DNA of 64,000 nt from assembly GCA_020536535.1 (NCBI GenBank), contig JAHLWZ010000034.1, positions 1-64,000 of the forward strand. Direction: 5' to 3'. Made by a program: the position numbers and the translations under genes. Each line of letters opens with the position of its first letter. Within the stretch, counting starts at the first letter, position 1. Shown in pieces: positions 1 to 13,225 of this stretch. Source of the stretch: Pelomyxa schiedti (taxonomy: Eukaryota > Protista > Evosea). The notes beneath the pieces are model-generated. The model ran no database searches. It saw nothing but the letters and a program-made list of their open reading frames with translations, and was not told the origin of the DNA.

Positions 1-965
1 GGCACTTCAACCAGCCCAACGGTTATTGTGCACTTGCCGATGTTCTCGCCACTGCGGATCTTCTCGATCCGGGCCATGTACTTTAATGTGGCGCCATGTG
101 AGACAGCAAGGGCACTCCGTCGGGCGATGTCTTCATCCATGGCCTCCAGCCCAGAAAGAAATTCTTCGGGTCCAACTTTGGGATCCGCTAGAGCAGGGGG
201 GTACAGTGACTCGAGTTTAACATCTGTTGGCTCCATGTGCCATCCTGCCATTCGGGCAAGAATCAGAACTTTTCTGCCAACATCAGCACCAGCCAAATCA
301 TCTCTGTTTAAGAGGTTAGAAAAAGAGGTTCCTTTCCATGGGATCAACCTGGGGTGTGGTTCAGTGTATCCTGATTCTTTGGCTGTCCTAACAGCCTTTG
401 AAAAAGGAACGCCTTTTTCAACTTCAGACAGCACATAAGCCAGTGTTCCTGATAGTTGTCCTTCAATAGCTAAAATCTAACCTCAGAGTAAAAATCTTGG
501 CTGTATTTTATTATGAAGTTTACCTCGTCAGATGTGTCCATGATGTACCTTAGCATGGCAATCACAGGAATGCCTCCTCCAACTGTCGACTCATGGCGCA
601 CGCGTGGGTTGCTAATAAGACGTGCACACTGCGCCCAGGGGCCAGCAAGGGGTTTTTTATTTGCAAGAACCACGCGGAATCCCAAATCGAGACCCAACAC
701 CAACGCCGCTTGAGTTAAAGGTGAAGCAGTAACATCCACCAGTACTTTCAGTGCCTCTGGCAAAAACCTATCAATGTGTGCAGAAAAGTTCCTCACGATT
801 TCCTCAAGTTGGTGTGTCGCACCGCCTTCGGTGTTAAGCTAAGAATAAATTGTAAGGGAAAAAAAAAAGGGCAGTTAAGAGGGAGCCGCGACACACCCTG
901 TTTGTTCGTGCCTTGCACTCCAAAGCAGCCACGAATTCTGCCCTGGGAGAAATGCCACCAGACAA
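1..965 (-). CDS. hom: Homoserine dehydrogenase, partial; near-identical second copy of 50126-51093 (5' end lost in gap, 3' end beyond window)
   Basis: Motifs [55 protein letters not shown]. Same three introns as the full copy; sequence aligns to 50126-51093. Confidence 0.9.
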
Positions 966-1065
966 NNNNNNNNNNNNNNNNNNNNNNNNNNNNNNNNNNN
1001 NNNNNNNNNNNNNNNNNNNNNNNNNNNNNNNNNNNNNNNNNNNNNNNNNNNNNNNNNNNNNNNNN
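966..1065. other. Assembly gap (100 N, true size unknown)
   Basis: Run of 100 N; the flanks belong to different genes. Confidence 0.99.
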
Positions 1066-1226
1066 GTGGCCCCAGGGTTCGCCATTGGTGACCCCTCAAC
1101 ATATGATCGCACCAGGCTTGTCTTGCCTGTCTTGTGGTCTCCTAATATAGTGAACCTCACGTCCAGCACCGTGGCTGGTGCTGATGCTGATGCTGACGAG
1201 GAGGCGGCAGCCTCACCGTGCTTCAT
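1066..1226 (-). CDS. Ras-superfamily small GTPase, N-terminal fragment cut by gap
   Basis: MKHGEAAA...VRFTILGDHKTGKTSLVRSYVEG: beta1 strand plus GxxxxGKT P-loop, preceded by an A-rich leader. Confidence 0.75.
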
Positions 1227-1493
1227 TGACTTGTGCTTTTTTTTTTTTGTTTTGTTTTGTTTTTGTTGTAACTTTTCGTTTCCGTTTGTTGGGATGTTAG
1301 AGGAAAAGAAGTTTGGGTTCTGCGTGGTTCGATTGTTGTTGTTTTTGATCAAGATTGAATGGAGGTGTATGAGTGGAGAAAAGATTGAAAAAAGTTACAG
1401 TCAGACTCTTGTGTTTCTTTTTGTTTGGCTTGGTTTTACTCTTTGGGTGTATTGTTTGGGGGGTTGGTAACAGACAAAAGAACATTGGAATGT

Positions 1494-2672
1494 CTAGGAC
1501 CGCCTGTCTGCACATAGACTTGTGATAAGGCTTTGGAGTGGTGCAAGCTCTTTCTTCTCAATAAGGTTGAACTCAAGCACAAAGTAGATGAAATGCTGTT
1601 GTGGTTGTTAGCGGAAGAAGAGAGGATTTGTAAAATAAAATAACCAGAAGTACGCACTTTGAAAGAGGTGTTCAAGTGTGCTTCTTCACCAAGGCTTACA
1701 ATTCTTTCAAAGTGGGAGTGGTAGATGTGTGCATATACACGGAACAACCTCTTGAAAATTGTCTTCACAGTCTTGGAGAATGTGCTTGGAAAGGGTACTC
1801 CTGTTTAACTGTTAATATTGACTGGCAAACCACTCTTTTGTAAGTACCTATTTTAGATGGGAAAACTGTCTCATCATCGAGATTTGTTTGAACCCAAGTC
1901 ATCAAGAAATCTACATATCTGGAAGTTGTTAAATATATTAAATGGAACCGTAGAACTTACTCGGGAGCAGAGCAAGCAACAGCCTTTTTTACAGATTTAC
2001 CTTTGCTGTGTGAGAAGGAAAAAAAAAAGATAAGGATATTTAACCATCGGCCCAGTGATATTCATACCTGAAAAAATGAAAGTTAGACAGAGTTAGGCTT
2101 CAAGTATTAGGTGAAAATACTTTGGACCAGCAGTCATAGCTGGGCACGTATCTCTGGTACAAAACTCAGAAATCGTGCCATACAACATATTAATTTGATT
2201 GAAGAAGTCAACAGCTAAAAAAAGAGAAGGGCAAAAAGGAAAGAATCCGTTAAATACCTGGAAAAAAAACCGCAAGAAATAAAGAGGTAGAAAAAAAGAG
2301 AGAGAGGGATACTGTTGACAGCAAGCCACTCGTTGAGGTCCTCGCCCTCAGGAAGTGTTACAGCCAATTTGAGGTTACCAGAACCCAGAGTGGCCTGTGC
2401 GAATTTCTGCAGCTCAGCCTGTCTCGTGCCATCGGCCACCTTCTTGTGGGGACGGAACGTTCCGGCGTTTTTCCTGCACCAAGTTGGTGAGAAGGGGGAG
2501 GGGCCTTTGAGGCCCCTCGAGCCTCGTGTGTTGGTGTAACGAAAACAAGAACAAAAAAAGGGAAAGGGGGAGACAGAAACAACACTGGGCAAAACCAATA
2601 ACAACAAACAATAAAGAGGCGTCGGCATTAAACACGCTCTAGCCTGTGATGGGTATGCGTTTACCTAAACAT
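1494..2672 (-). CDS. MOB1: MOB kinase activator 1 (multi-exon)
   Basis: Spliced product [14 protein letters not shown]...[47 protein letters not shown]...[19 protein letters not shown]...[22 protein letters not shown]. Confidence 0.96.
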
Positions 2673-2954
2673 TTTTCTTCGTAATTCGCGTACGTACGAC
2701 GGATTCGGCTGGGCTGTTGGTTGTGCTTGGTTTTTTTTTTTAAATTTTCTTAGTTTTTCGACTTTCGTTCCTCAACCATTACGATTTTCCCTCTTGATCC
2801 AGATCGGATTTTCCAGCCTGCGCTCACCAGTACTGTCAGCAATTCATCCCCGTTACATTGTGCAACTTGAAAGCCAAACGCCAACCTTTCGAGTAATCCA
2901 TTGTCCTGTTGGATCTTCATCAGTGTGAATTAATTGAAAATCAATTTGGGCGTG

Positions 2955-4547
2955 ATGATGCACGACGGGGAGATCGCGGAGCGGGGAGAGCTAGTGAGAG
3001 AGACTACGCCTTGTGGTTGTAGAGGATATTGTGGTGGCAGCAGCAATTGTGGGAACGTGTCGAGGTTCGCGTTGTTGTGCACCGGGTTGTTGGTAATCTC
3101 TTTTCTCTTTTTTTCCTGTTGTTCTAAATAACGAGTGCAGGTTTGCGCTTATGAAATGTATTTCTATTCCCACTCTATTTGTTTTTATTTGTGTTGTTCT
3201 TTTTTTTTGTTGCAACAATTCAAACAAACAAAACCAGGTTTGTTATGGGAATGGTCATGGTTATTCTTGCAGATTTGTATATGATGGATGGCAGTGGGTT
3301 GGAGGGAGGGAGTGGGTGGGGCGATGCATTAGTGGCCTCGGCAGCGCTTGTCGGGACAATAGTAGGCCAGTTGGTGTTTGGGATACTTGGAGATATCATT
3401 GGCAGAAGAATTGCTCTGACTTTGACTTCAGTCATCATTGTACTGAGCTGCTTAACATGTGCCGTGGGAGTCAGTGGGAATGCGGAGAGTGTATATGTCA
3501 AATTAGCTGTATGCAGACTCTTGTTGGGCCTTGGAATTGGTGGTGAATATCCCTTATGCTCAGCCGCTGTTGTGGAGTCATCCCCAGAAAAATCACGTGC
3601 TCAGAGGGCTGCATTTGTTTTTTCTATGCAGGTTTACTGAATACCGTTTCTGAGTATGATGTAAACCTTTTTTTAAGGGTCTTGGCAATTTATTAGCTCC
3701 CCTTGTTGTGCTGTTACTTCTAGAACTTGGGATATCACTCAATTTGGTGTGGAGATTTGCACTTGCTTTTGGAGCGATACCCTGCTTGTCTACAATGTAC
3801 CAGCGTGCAACAATGCCTGATACACGGAAACAGTCGTGCCAAATTTCCGATAATCCACACTTGGCTTACAGTAAAATGAGGCTTCTTAAAGAAAGCCTGC
3901 CCGTGCTGATAGGAACCTCAGTGCCCTGGTTTTTATTTGACGCTATGTTTTACGCAAATGCACTTTTCAAGGAAGAGGTTGTCAATTTACTTGGTGCCAA
4001 GGAATGGGGCCGAGCTGCAGGAAGCTTGCAAGATCTCTCCGCAACGCGAACCCAGCTTGAAAAGACCGCATTGGAGAGTTTATCTATTGCATTCATGGCC
4101 CTACCTGGATTTGTAATAGCTGTATCACTCATTGAACGCGTTGGATGCAAGAAACTTCAACTGGTTGGATTCGCTTCTGCTAGTGTGCTTTTTACTGGAA
4201 TGAGCATGTGGTTTGACTGGCTTTCTTTGCATCCGGCCTTGTTTGTCATCACCTACGCGTTCACGTTTGTTGTATCCAACGCTGGGCCAAACACAACCAC
4301 CTTTGTACTCGCCGCAGAGTCATTCCCGGCCAATATCAGAACAACATGCAGCGGAATATCAGCAGCCATTGGCAAGTGCGGGGCCGTTGTTGGTGCACTG
4401 GCATTTGCCCCTCTTGCCCATTCGTACGGCCCACAGGCAGCCTTTGCTGTGTGCGCTTGTTGTGCAGCTTGTGCCTTTGGAGCCACACACTTCTTTGTGG
4501 AGGGTAATCGCCAGTCTGAACCTCTACACAGAGAATCCAGCCCTTGA
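2955..4547 (+). CDS. MFS inorganic phosphate:H+ symporter (PHO84/Pht1 family)
   Basis: GQLVFGILGDIIGRR, RLLLGLGIGGEYPLCS, AFVFSMQG, NAGPNTTTFVLAAESFPANIRTTCSGISAAIGKCGA. Includes a 17-nt micro-exon at 3141-3157. Confidence 0.92.
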
Positions 4548-4646
4548 CGTTACTTTCACCAACAATAATGACAACAATCCCTATGAATGTACATACAGAA
4601 GCAGTAAATAAAACTCCCGATTTTTGTTCGTACTATGGGGCATAGG

Positions 4647-6971
4647 TTACCAGTGTAAGGGGGAGAGCAGAAGGAGACTCTGTGCAGGGAGCATGGTGTC
4701 CTTTGGCTTCAGGAACAAACAAATGAGTTGTTGCGGAGTCTCTTGGACAACACTCAGTCTACTCATGGCACCACAACGAGGGTGCCTTGATAAAAGGAGA
4801 GATATAGATATCTGCTGCCAGTGCCCAAACTGAACGGGAAGTTAGTGTGAAGTAGAAAGGGCAGGTATATATAGGTGGTGCAGAAATAGCTTGTGGTACC
4901 ATTACGATCCTGGCGCATTTTCCCTGCTGGGGAAGGGAACCCATAAGCACCGCATGGCCTTTTCGCATCATGAATTCTGCAACGAAGCAGTGTTCGCAGT
5001 AATTAATGGGTCCGCAGGAGGAAGCGCATCCTTGCACAGCACAGCACAGAGAGGTATGTGTGGGCTGGATACCCTTGGAAATGAGGAGTTGCGCAACCTG
5101 CACCAGGCCAAGTTCGGCTGCTATTGCAAGTGCACTGTACCTTTCGGCAAGGTATATCCCTCCAAATAGTGCTAGTGATCCATATTCTTCCTTTGGCTTC
5201 CAGTGAGCTGTGAGAACTTGTGGGTAATGAGTGATCATGGAATCAACAACTCTTAAGTCCGGCCGCTGGGTGAGATACATTAAGAATGATTCGATAACAA
5301 TGAGGTCCTGCTGGGAACTTTTCCTGGATCCCACTGTTTCAAAGGTGGCGCCGTCAGACAGAAGTTCCAGGCAGACTTCCGCTGCGCCGATATGCAGAGC
5401 CAGTTGTAAAGGGTATGCTTGCTTATAGTACTGGGAAAGTGAAGTTGTTGTGTCTGGAAAAGCCCCGGGGAGAGATAGTACTGAGGGTGGAACAGGGCCT
5501 TTTGCTGCATAGTGAGCTAATAAAGCTCTCACGACAGCGGCCTGTTTACTGGATACAGCAGTGTTAATAAGCTCTGGACATAATGGCAGATCCAAGTAGT
5601 TTATAATTGTGGTCAATTTGGTGGGCATGAAGAGAACTGCAGTACGAAAATGGTTGGAAGTGAGCCTCACCCCTGTACTGAGGAGGGCTTCTACGAATTC
5701 CAGACGATTTGTGTTTAATGCCATTTCAAGGATTTTTTCCATCTCTGCAACCTCCACCCCACCATGTTTATAAAGAAGAGTTAGTATGCCAGGGTTGTCT
5801 GCAAGCCGCTTAAGTTGCATTGGCAACAGTACTTTACTGTACAGGTTCGGTATATGTACATCGGCCCCCCGTTCAATCAAAAGCTCCATCAATGGGGCAC
5901 TGTAACTTTCAATTGCTCGTATCAAAGCCTTCCTGCCTGGATCGAGTTGGGCCACAGAGCTTGAAGCAGGACATCGGGTGTCCAAAACCCACGCGGCAAT
6001 CTCTGGTTTGCCACTCCCAGCGGCCGCTATAAGTTCAAAAGGAATTCTAGTAGGTATTTTGTAGGTCGAGGCCATGAACTTGGCGCAACTCAGCGCACCC
6101 TGTTCTAAAGCATGTGCGAAAATGTACTGTGTTGCCTCAGAACTCTTGGAGGCCAGGAATGTCAAAATTTTTCGCATAGCGCCGTCCATTCCGCGGGCGC
6201 TGCAATTGACCGCTGCCATGGCCAATCCAGGACCCACAAAACCGGTGAAATCCTTGATCTGGACCCCATGGATTCTCTCGATTACGGGCAGAGTGGCGTC
6301 GCATAGAGATTCCACGCACATTTCGCAGCTGTTGAGACACGCAACTTGCAGCGGGAATTGGTCTTTGTCGTCCAATTCCGTGAGTAGATTCGCACGCTTG
6401 GCGTCGGGGACAATCCTCAGAATCTCTCCCACAATTCGGGCGTTCGGGCACCCGCTTGTCTCTTCGGCGCCGACCGTGGCCTCGACTGCCACGGCACAGG
6501 GGGATTTTGAGACAGATTCAGATTCCGAGGCTGCGGCCGCATCAGAGGCTGAGGCCGAAGCCGAGGCACCCATAAGTCCCTCTGCGCCGTCCCCCTCGTC
6601 GTCGCTTCTGATGTCAGGGGACGCCGCAGCAGTTGCAGCCAATGCCGAGGCTGCCGTTGAAGAGGGCGACGCCGAGTGATGACTGGCGGCTGATGTTTTA
6701 CAATTTTGGACGCAGCAAGCCAGTAGCCCAGAGGCAAAATTCCTCTTGCCCAGTCCGTGACATGAGTCCTGGGGGTCAATGACTTGCCCTGACGACAGGA
6801 TTTCAAGTGCCTTGGTTACTTCGCCCTCTGTGCAGGCGTGCCTCAGCAACTAACGGAGCGGTCATGCGGGTAAAAAAAAGGATTGTGGGATGGGAGTACC
6901 TGGTAGGACACATCGAGTGGAGGTGCCACTATTCTTGTAAGTGGTGTTGGTGTTGACGACGACACTCCCAT
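4647..6971 (-). CDS. Ankyrin-repeat protein with putative N-myristoylation start (MGVSSS) and C-terminal HPRCG motif
   Basis: Long exon with ankyrin-like units (FPLQVACLNSCEMCVESL, YPLQLALHIGAAEVCLELL, SALAIAAELGLVQVAQLLISKG). Introns inferred at 6850-6899 and 4830-4899 (the latter has a CTAAC branch site). Confidence 0.8.
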
Positions 6972-7109
6972 AAGTATGCCACGACTCGACCACTTACCGT
7001 TTTGCCTTTTCAAAAGTAAAAAAAACCGAAGGTCATGATGTTCATCACTTCTCCGGAAAACCGCTTTTGAACGAAGTTTTACAAAATTGCGAAATCAATT
7101 GGGAAGACC

Positions 7110-10100
7110 CTAGGAGTTGACAGAGAAACCTCCTGGTTTAGTCAAAACAGGTGTCAATGGTGGTGAAGAGTCAGATTCCACTGAGGAGAGGGATGAGGAA
7201 GAGTCTGGGGATGGTGCTGGTATGTTTGCAGGAGTAGTTGTTGTGGAGGATACAATAGTTGGGTGTCCTGGTGATGTTGCAGATGTAGATGTAGTTGTAG
7301 TTGTAGTTGTAGCTGTACCTGTTACTGAGGGTGTGGTTGTGGATGGTTGGCGGGGCGGGGTGGTGAAGTTCATGGGCGATTTGAACTTTTTGCTCTGGGA
7401 TGAAAGGGATGGCATTTTGACTGTTGGAGGCAATGAGCCGGAACCCGAGGAGAATGGAGAACGCCTGGTCGTTGACACCGGCGACGGCGGTGGTGTAGCG
7501 GGTTCTGTTGAGCGACTTGGATACACTGGTGGATCGGGCCAGGGATTGTCTGTCATGTCACTCAGTACATCAACGATTGAGGGCCGGAGGTCTGAATCGC
7601 CGGTTATGCACCTGGGGGAAGATGTGGCGTTGTTGAGTTGGGGAAGGGAAGAAGTTATGGGAGTGTAGTGCTCGGAGCATACCTCTTAATCAAATCGGCG
7701 CGTGGGCATAATGGGTCGATTTCTATGGTGAGGCCTTTATGTCCCACAAGGGATATGACTTGAACCAGGGTGAGCTTTTCAAATGGAATGCTATTTGTAT
7801 ATGTCTCCCACATGATACATCCAAAGGCTGAGCGTTATTAGAGAAAAGAAACTACTGAGGTCGGTGACCATAAACGTCGGCCTTCTCAGAATATGTTTCT
7901 CCTCGCAATACCTCGGGTGCTTAGGCAAATAAATAAAGAAGAATGAGTCACTAAGCAGGTACCTGCCCATTGAGGTGTGCCAACCATTGTCATTGTTGTT
8001 CCTGGGCTATCAAAAACCTAGTATGTAGGTGTTTTTTTTTTGTGCAAACGAAGGTTAACTTACCTTGGATAAGCCAAAGTCCGCTAAAGTTTGTTTTAGA
8101 TGAGATATAAATGGTTACAGATTGGTACGTTACCTAATTTTGCATGCAAGTCCGCTGTTATTAGTACCTTCAGTAGTGTAAGTGGATGCTGGAAAACGGA
8201 AATACATTGGCACTCTTCAAATCTGTATAAAGTGTAAGTATATCAGTGTAGTTGTAGAAAGAAGTAGTACCTCGATGCATGATTGGGGGAGTTCTTCCAT
8301 GAAGGTATGCAATTCCCCTGGCTTGTCGATATTTAGAATGGCTATTATAAAAACACGAAACCTGAATCAGCAAGAATTGTCTCTCGTTGGTTAAAGTCCA
8401 AAAATATTGGACATGTCTCCCTATGCAGAATAGTGAATAGATTACCATTTTCAACAAACTACAAAAGATCAGGTTTTAAATTTTTACTGAAGAGCCAAGA
8501 AACCTCAGTGACGATGCAATATTTGGTGACATCCACACTTACACCCATGAAAAGCACTCTAGGTTTTCCTGGTTAGATTCGATTCTTATTGTTATGGTCA
8601 CTACATGTTAGGGTGCCGCAATTGGCACAAAATCGAAATTTCTTGAAGCAAATCTTCTTGAACTTCGTCACCAAAAAGTCTTTTTACTGCAATGCTTGTT
8701 CCAGTCCATTTGCCTTTCCAGACCTCTTTTCTCAGTTACAACTAAAAAAAAAGTACTGATCAGCCTACCTCCATATGAACCAGCTCCAACTTTGTTGATG
8801 AGGGTTACCTGAAACCAATTCAATAATGAAATCAGGGAGGTGCAACCTTAGAAAAGTTTATGACGGGAATATTATTCTTCTCCAGAAGTTCTTCAAGGAC
8901 TTTGGAACTAGTTTCCCCTAGAAGTGGTTCTTTCAAGTCTGCGTGGTGGATACTTTCAGGATTTTTTGCCAACCAGTAAGCAGTGTCGCGTGCATATGTA
9001 AAGTACATTGCAGGTGCCCACAATAAGATGTACGTGATAATCTGAAATTTTGGCACATTAATTTGGAGAGGGCTATTTGACACTGAACACACAGTTATTT
9101 CAAATAAACAGTAGGCACATATGCCACACTGGTCAAGGGTGAATGCGAGCAAACCAAACAGCAAAACTACAATCATATATATCCCCCATATCTTCAGTGG
9201 AGTTACAAGGATATAAAACAAAAAAGTATTCTAGCTTGTGTTGCAGGTCTAAAACATATGGGTAATTTCAATCTAGAAAAAAAGTGAAGTTTGGAGTCCA
9301 AAACTGCAATCACCATCAAAAGGAAATATATTGCTATTAGCCAACCACTGGTAGTTCTAACGGAAATAAGAGGATGAATGTAACATGTCTGAAAGAATAC
9401 GAGTCGTGGATATAAAAAGTACAGAGTCCACACTCAGTAGAACTCTCATCGCTAGTGTTGATTTCTCGGAAGTATGTAAACAAGTTGAAGAACAGTCGTA
9501 ATGCAAATGAACAGGCAGAGAGTACTGTTGTCACGATGGCAATACGGCGACGTGGTGCCGAAACTGGGTGCATGAGAAAAAATATTGCCCTGCAATGCTT
9601 TTGAGTATATTTTAGAATACAGTGGCATACCAAGTGTCAAGTAGTCCTGATTGTATTGCAGATAAGATGGATAAAATGACATCTTTTGACTCGGGCTGTA
9701 ATGGAGCAGCGATGAACACTGCCTTTGTGGGATTGATATCAAAAAGAAGTGGTTTCTTGAACGGTATACCTCCACCAAAGCAAAGAGACTACAAACTAAA
9801 ATTGCATAATAATATATTGGCAGAAGAGTTATTCTGGGAACAGTTACTTATACAACCGAGTAAACATAACAAGTTTACTTTCGGGACATAGTGGGAGAAT
9901 CTAGCTCCCTCCTGAACCTCCAATTTACGAGTAATAATAAAATAGCCATTTCAACAAACAACTTCAGGCACAAAAAGTTAGGGATTAGAGAAGCAATGAG
10001 AAAGACAAGGGGAAAAAAAAAAAAAAAACCATCCCACACCATCAAACTGACAATCAAAGCACTCAAATAGATGTAACTCCCATTTGCAGTCTTCAAACTA

Positions 10101-10216
10101 GCCTGCAACATTTTCCCACACCACTCACACAACGGCCCCGTCTTCATTCCACTCCCATTATAGTATCCACTGCTACTCCCATTGCTTCCAAGATAACCGC
10201 CTGACGATGATGCCAT
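7110..10216 (-). CDS. Multi-pass (7TM-like) membrane protein fused to a tyrosine-kinase-like kinase with S/T/P-rich tail
   Basis: Several hydrophobic exons at 8950-10216, then VGAGSYGEV, IAVKRLF, ARGIAYLHGRTPPIMHRDLKSAN, ADFGLSK, VGTPQWAAPEVLRGETYSEKADVY. Confidence 0.85.
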
Positions 10217-10493
10217 TCAGCTCCACTTTTGCTGGGCCTGTGACCCCTCCCAAACACAACAGTATGCCAAACAATTGAATGGTCCTGTGAACTACTTCGT
10301 TGTATGAAGTTCAAGTGGGATCAACAACTGCACACAGTGATGGTTGGATGGCCTTCGTTGTAATTTTTTCGTTTGGCTTGTTTTAAAACGGCGATTCCTT
10401 TACGGGAATAATTATCTATGTGAGTGATTTCTCTTGGTGAAGTTGTGAGGGAACTCAATAAAACAAAAGAAAGTCGAAAATGGTAAAGGGGGA

Positions 10494-11832
10494 TTAGAAG
10501 GACTGAGGAACGGCCCAGGCACAGGCCTCTTCGATTCCGAGGTTATTAACTCCTCGTATGATACGGAACCACCCTCTGTTTTGGTTGTTATTTTGGTAGG
10601 TTGTATTGTTGTTGTTTGTGTAGGTTGGATAGGATGGGATACCTCTCTCCCCAGTAGGTTCCCCATGAGTTGCGGCCTATCCAGTAGGGCGTAGAGGAGC
10701 CATCTTCGTTGATTTGGGTACCCCACCCAACGAGGGCTACCACGTGATTGGGGATCTTCCCTCCGGTTGTGTCAATGAAAATGCCTATGGAGAGCACAGG
10801 GTGAATAGAAGCTGGGGCATGTGGCAAGAAAACCTCCAGTGTAGTTTTCAAATTCGTCAGTTACATGTATATCACATGCAATGGGACCGCGGGAGTATCT
10901 GCATAGTATGTTTGTTGTCATTCCGAGTAAATAAAGTATACATTTCAGGTAGCATGCGTTTTTCTCCTACAACGTTACCATACTCAGACACGTAGTAACT
11001 GGTGTAGTTTGTCACTGCGAAGCAGTTATGCGACCAATCACAATTTCTGCAAATGTTCGCTGGTTCACAGGTATTGTCGACAGCTTCATAGGCCTAAAGA
11101 TATTTTTGCTTACTTTTCGTTGGGTTTTTCCATATTTGACACACCTGACAGGTATCATCTGGAATACCAGTTTGGTAGATATAGTCATACGTGCCAAGCG
11201 CATTGCCACCTTCGCAATTTCCAGCCTTAAAACAGTATAGGGAATTTCCAGGAACTGTAATTACAATTCAAACCTGCTTTCCACAGTTTATAACAACTTG
11301 AATGGCTGGAATCACATCTGGCCACACTGCTTTTCGCATGATTTTCAATCTGTCAGCCAAAGAACTTATGCTTCCGTGTGCCCAGCAACTGCCACAATAC
11401 ACAGGAATGTGCTGGTTGAGATCCTTGGTGCAATAATTGACGCCATTAACGTTACGCCAGTCTACAAGCGAGATTAAGTTGAATGTAACCAGATTAAGAC
11501 GGTAAAATACCCCAAAAGTCAGGAACATCGTCTATAGGTATGTACTGGAGATTTTTGGTATAAAAAAAGTACCAACACTTAGAAGGGAAAAAACCTCGTG
11601 TGGTTCTGGAGAAAATATATGTGACGTTTTATGCTAGAATGAAGAGTCAATATTTGTACCCAATCACCACTGAAAAAAACCAAAGCAAAACAAAACAAAA
11701 AAATAAGAAGTAAGGTACCTTCTCGTAGTCGAAAGATTCCGGGATCTTGATTTCGTTCCCCCTCTTGTAGATCCCAGCCACAACGGAACCGGCTAAAGCA
11801 ACCAGCACAACAATGCACCCAACCCCGCGCAT
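10494..11832 (-). CDS. CTSZ: Cathepsin Z/X (papain family C1A), secreted
   Basis: Signal peptide [19 protein letters not shown]; [15 protein letters not shown] (cathepsin X HIP insertion plus catalytic Cys); [10 protein letters not shown]; [14 protein letters not shown]. Confidence 0.93.
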
Positions 11833-12167
11833 CAGATCTGGTAGTGGCGGTTTCTTATGCCCTTTCTGCGGGTTTCGCGAAACAGACTGATGGAGGCACA
11901 AAAACATCTCCTGGTGCAATCCTCGCTTCTTCGAGGCAGCATTGAGAATACATCCCGATTGGATTTATAACACCCCCTCATCGAAGCCATGGCTGCTTCT
12001 GGAGGTAATTTGCGGCACAAATCGCCCGAGGTTGTTGTTTCAGTGTTTTTGGAAAGCCAAGAAATCTAACTAGGCTGGCTCCCGTTGCCATTGAGGAGTT
12101 TCCAAAGGCAATGACTTCATCTTGAATTGGTACTCAATTGTTTGATCGCACCAATTGGGTTCCATAG

Positions 12168-12978
<811 letters not shown>

Positions 12979-13225
12979 ATACAAGTAGTCAACGTTTGTG
13001 TCCAATAGCACCAGTAAAATCAACAGGGATTCTGTTTTGGGTTCTGTTTGAGTTATTTTTGTTGTGTTGGTGCTGGTTTCAGTGTTGTCTCCTGACACTT
13101 GAACTTCCAAGTTGGAAGAAGCCCTTCAATGAAAAGAAACCCACAACGGTTAATAAACTCAGCCGGTACGTGCGCCAGCGGTTAGTAAATTGCCGAAAAC
13201 AACAAAACAAAAAACCAATTCTTGA

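Noticed and set aside
834-1352. ORF suggesting a small GTPase-homoserine dehydrogenase fusion
   Set aside because: It reads through a 100-N gap; the complete hom copy at 51264 has its own N-terminus.
6074-7668. Plus-strand ORFs 6074-6679 and 7117-7668
   Set aside because: Antisense shadows of the ankyrin and kinase coding exons.
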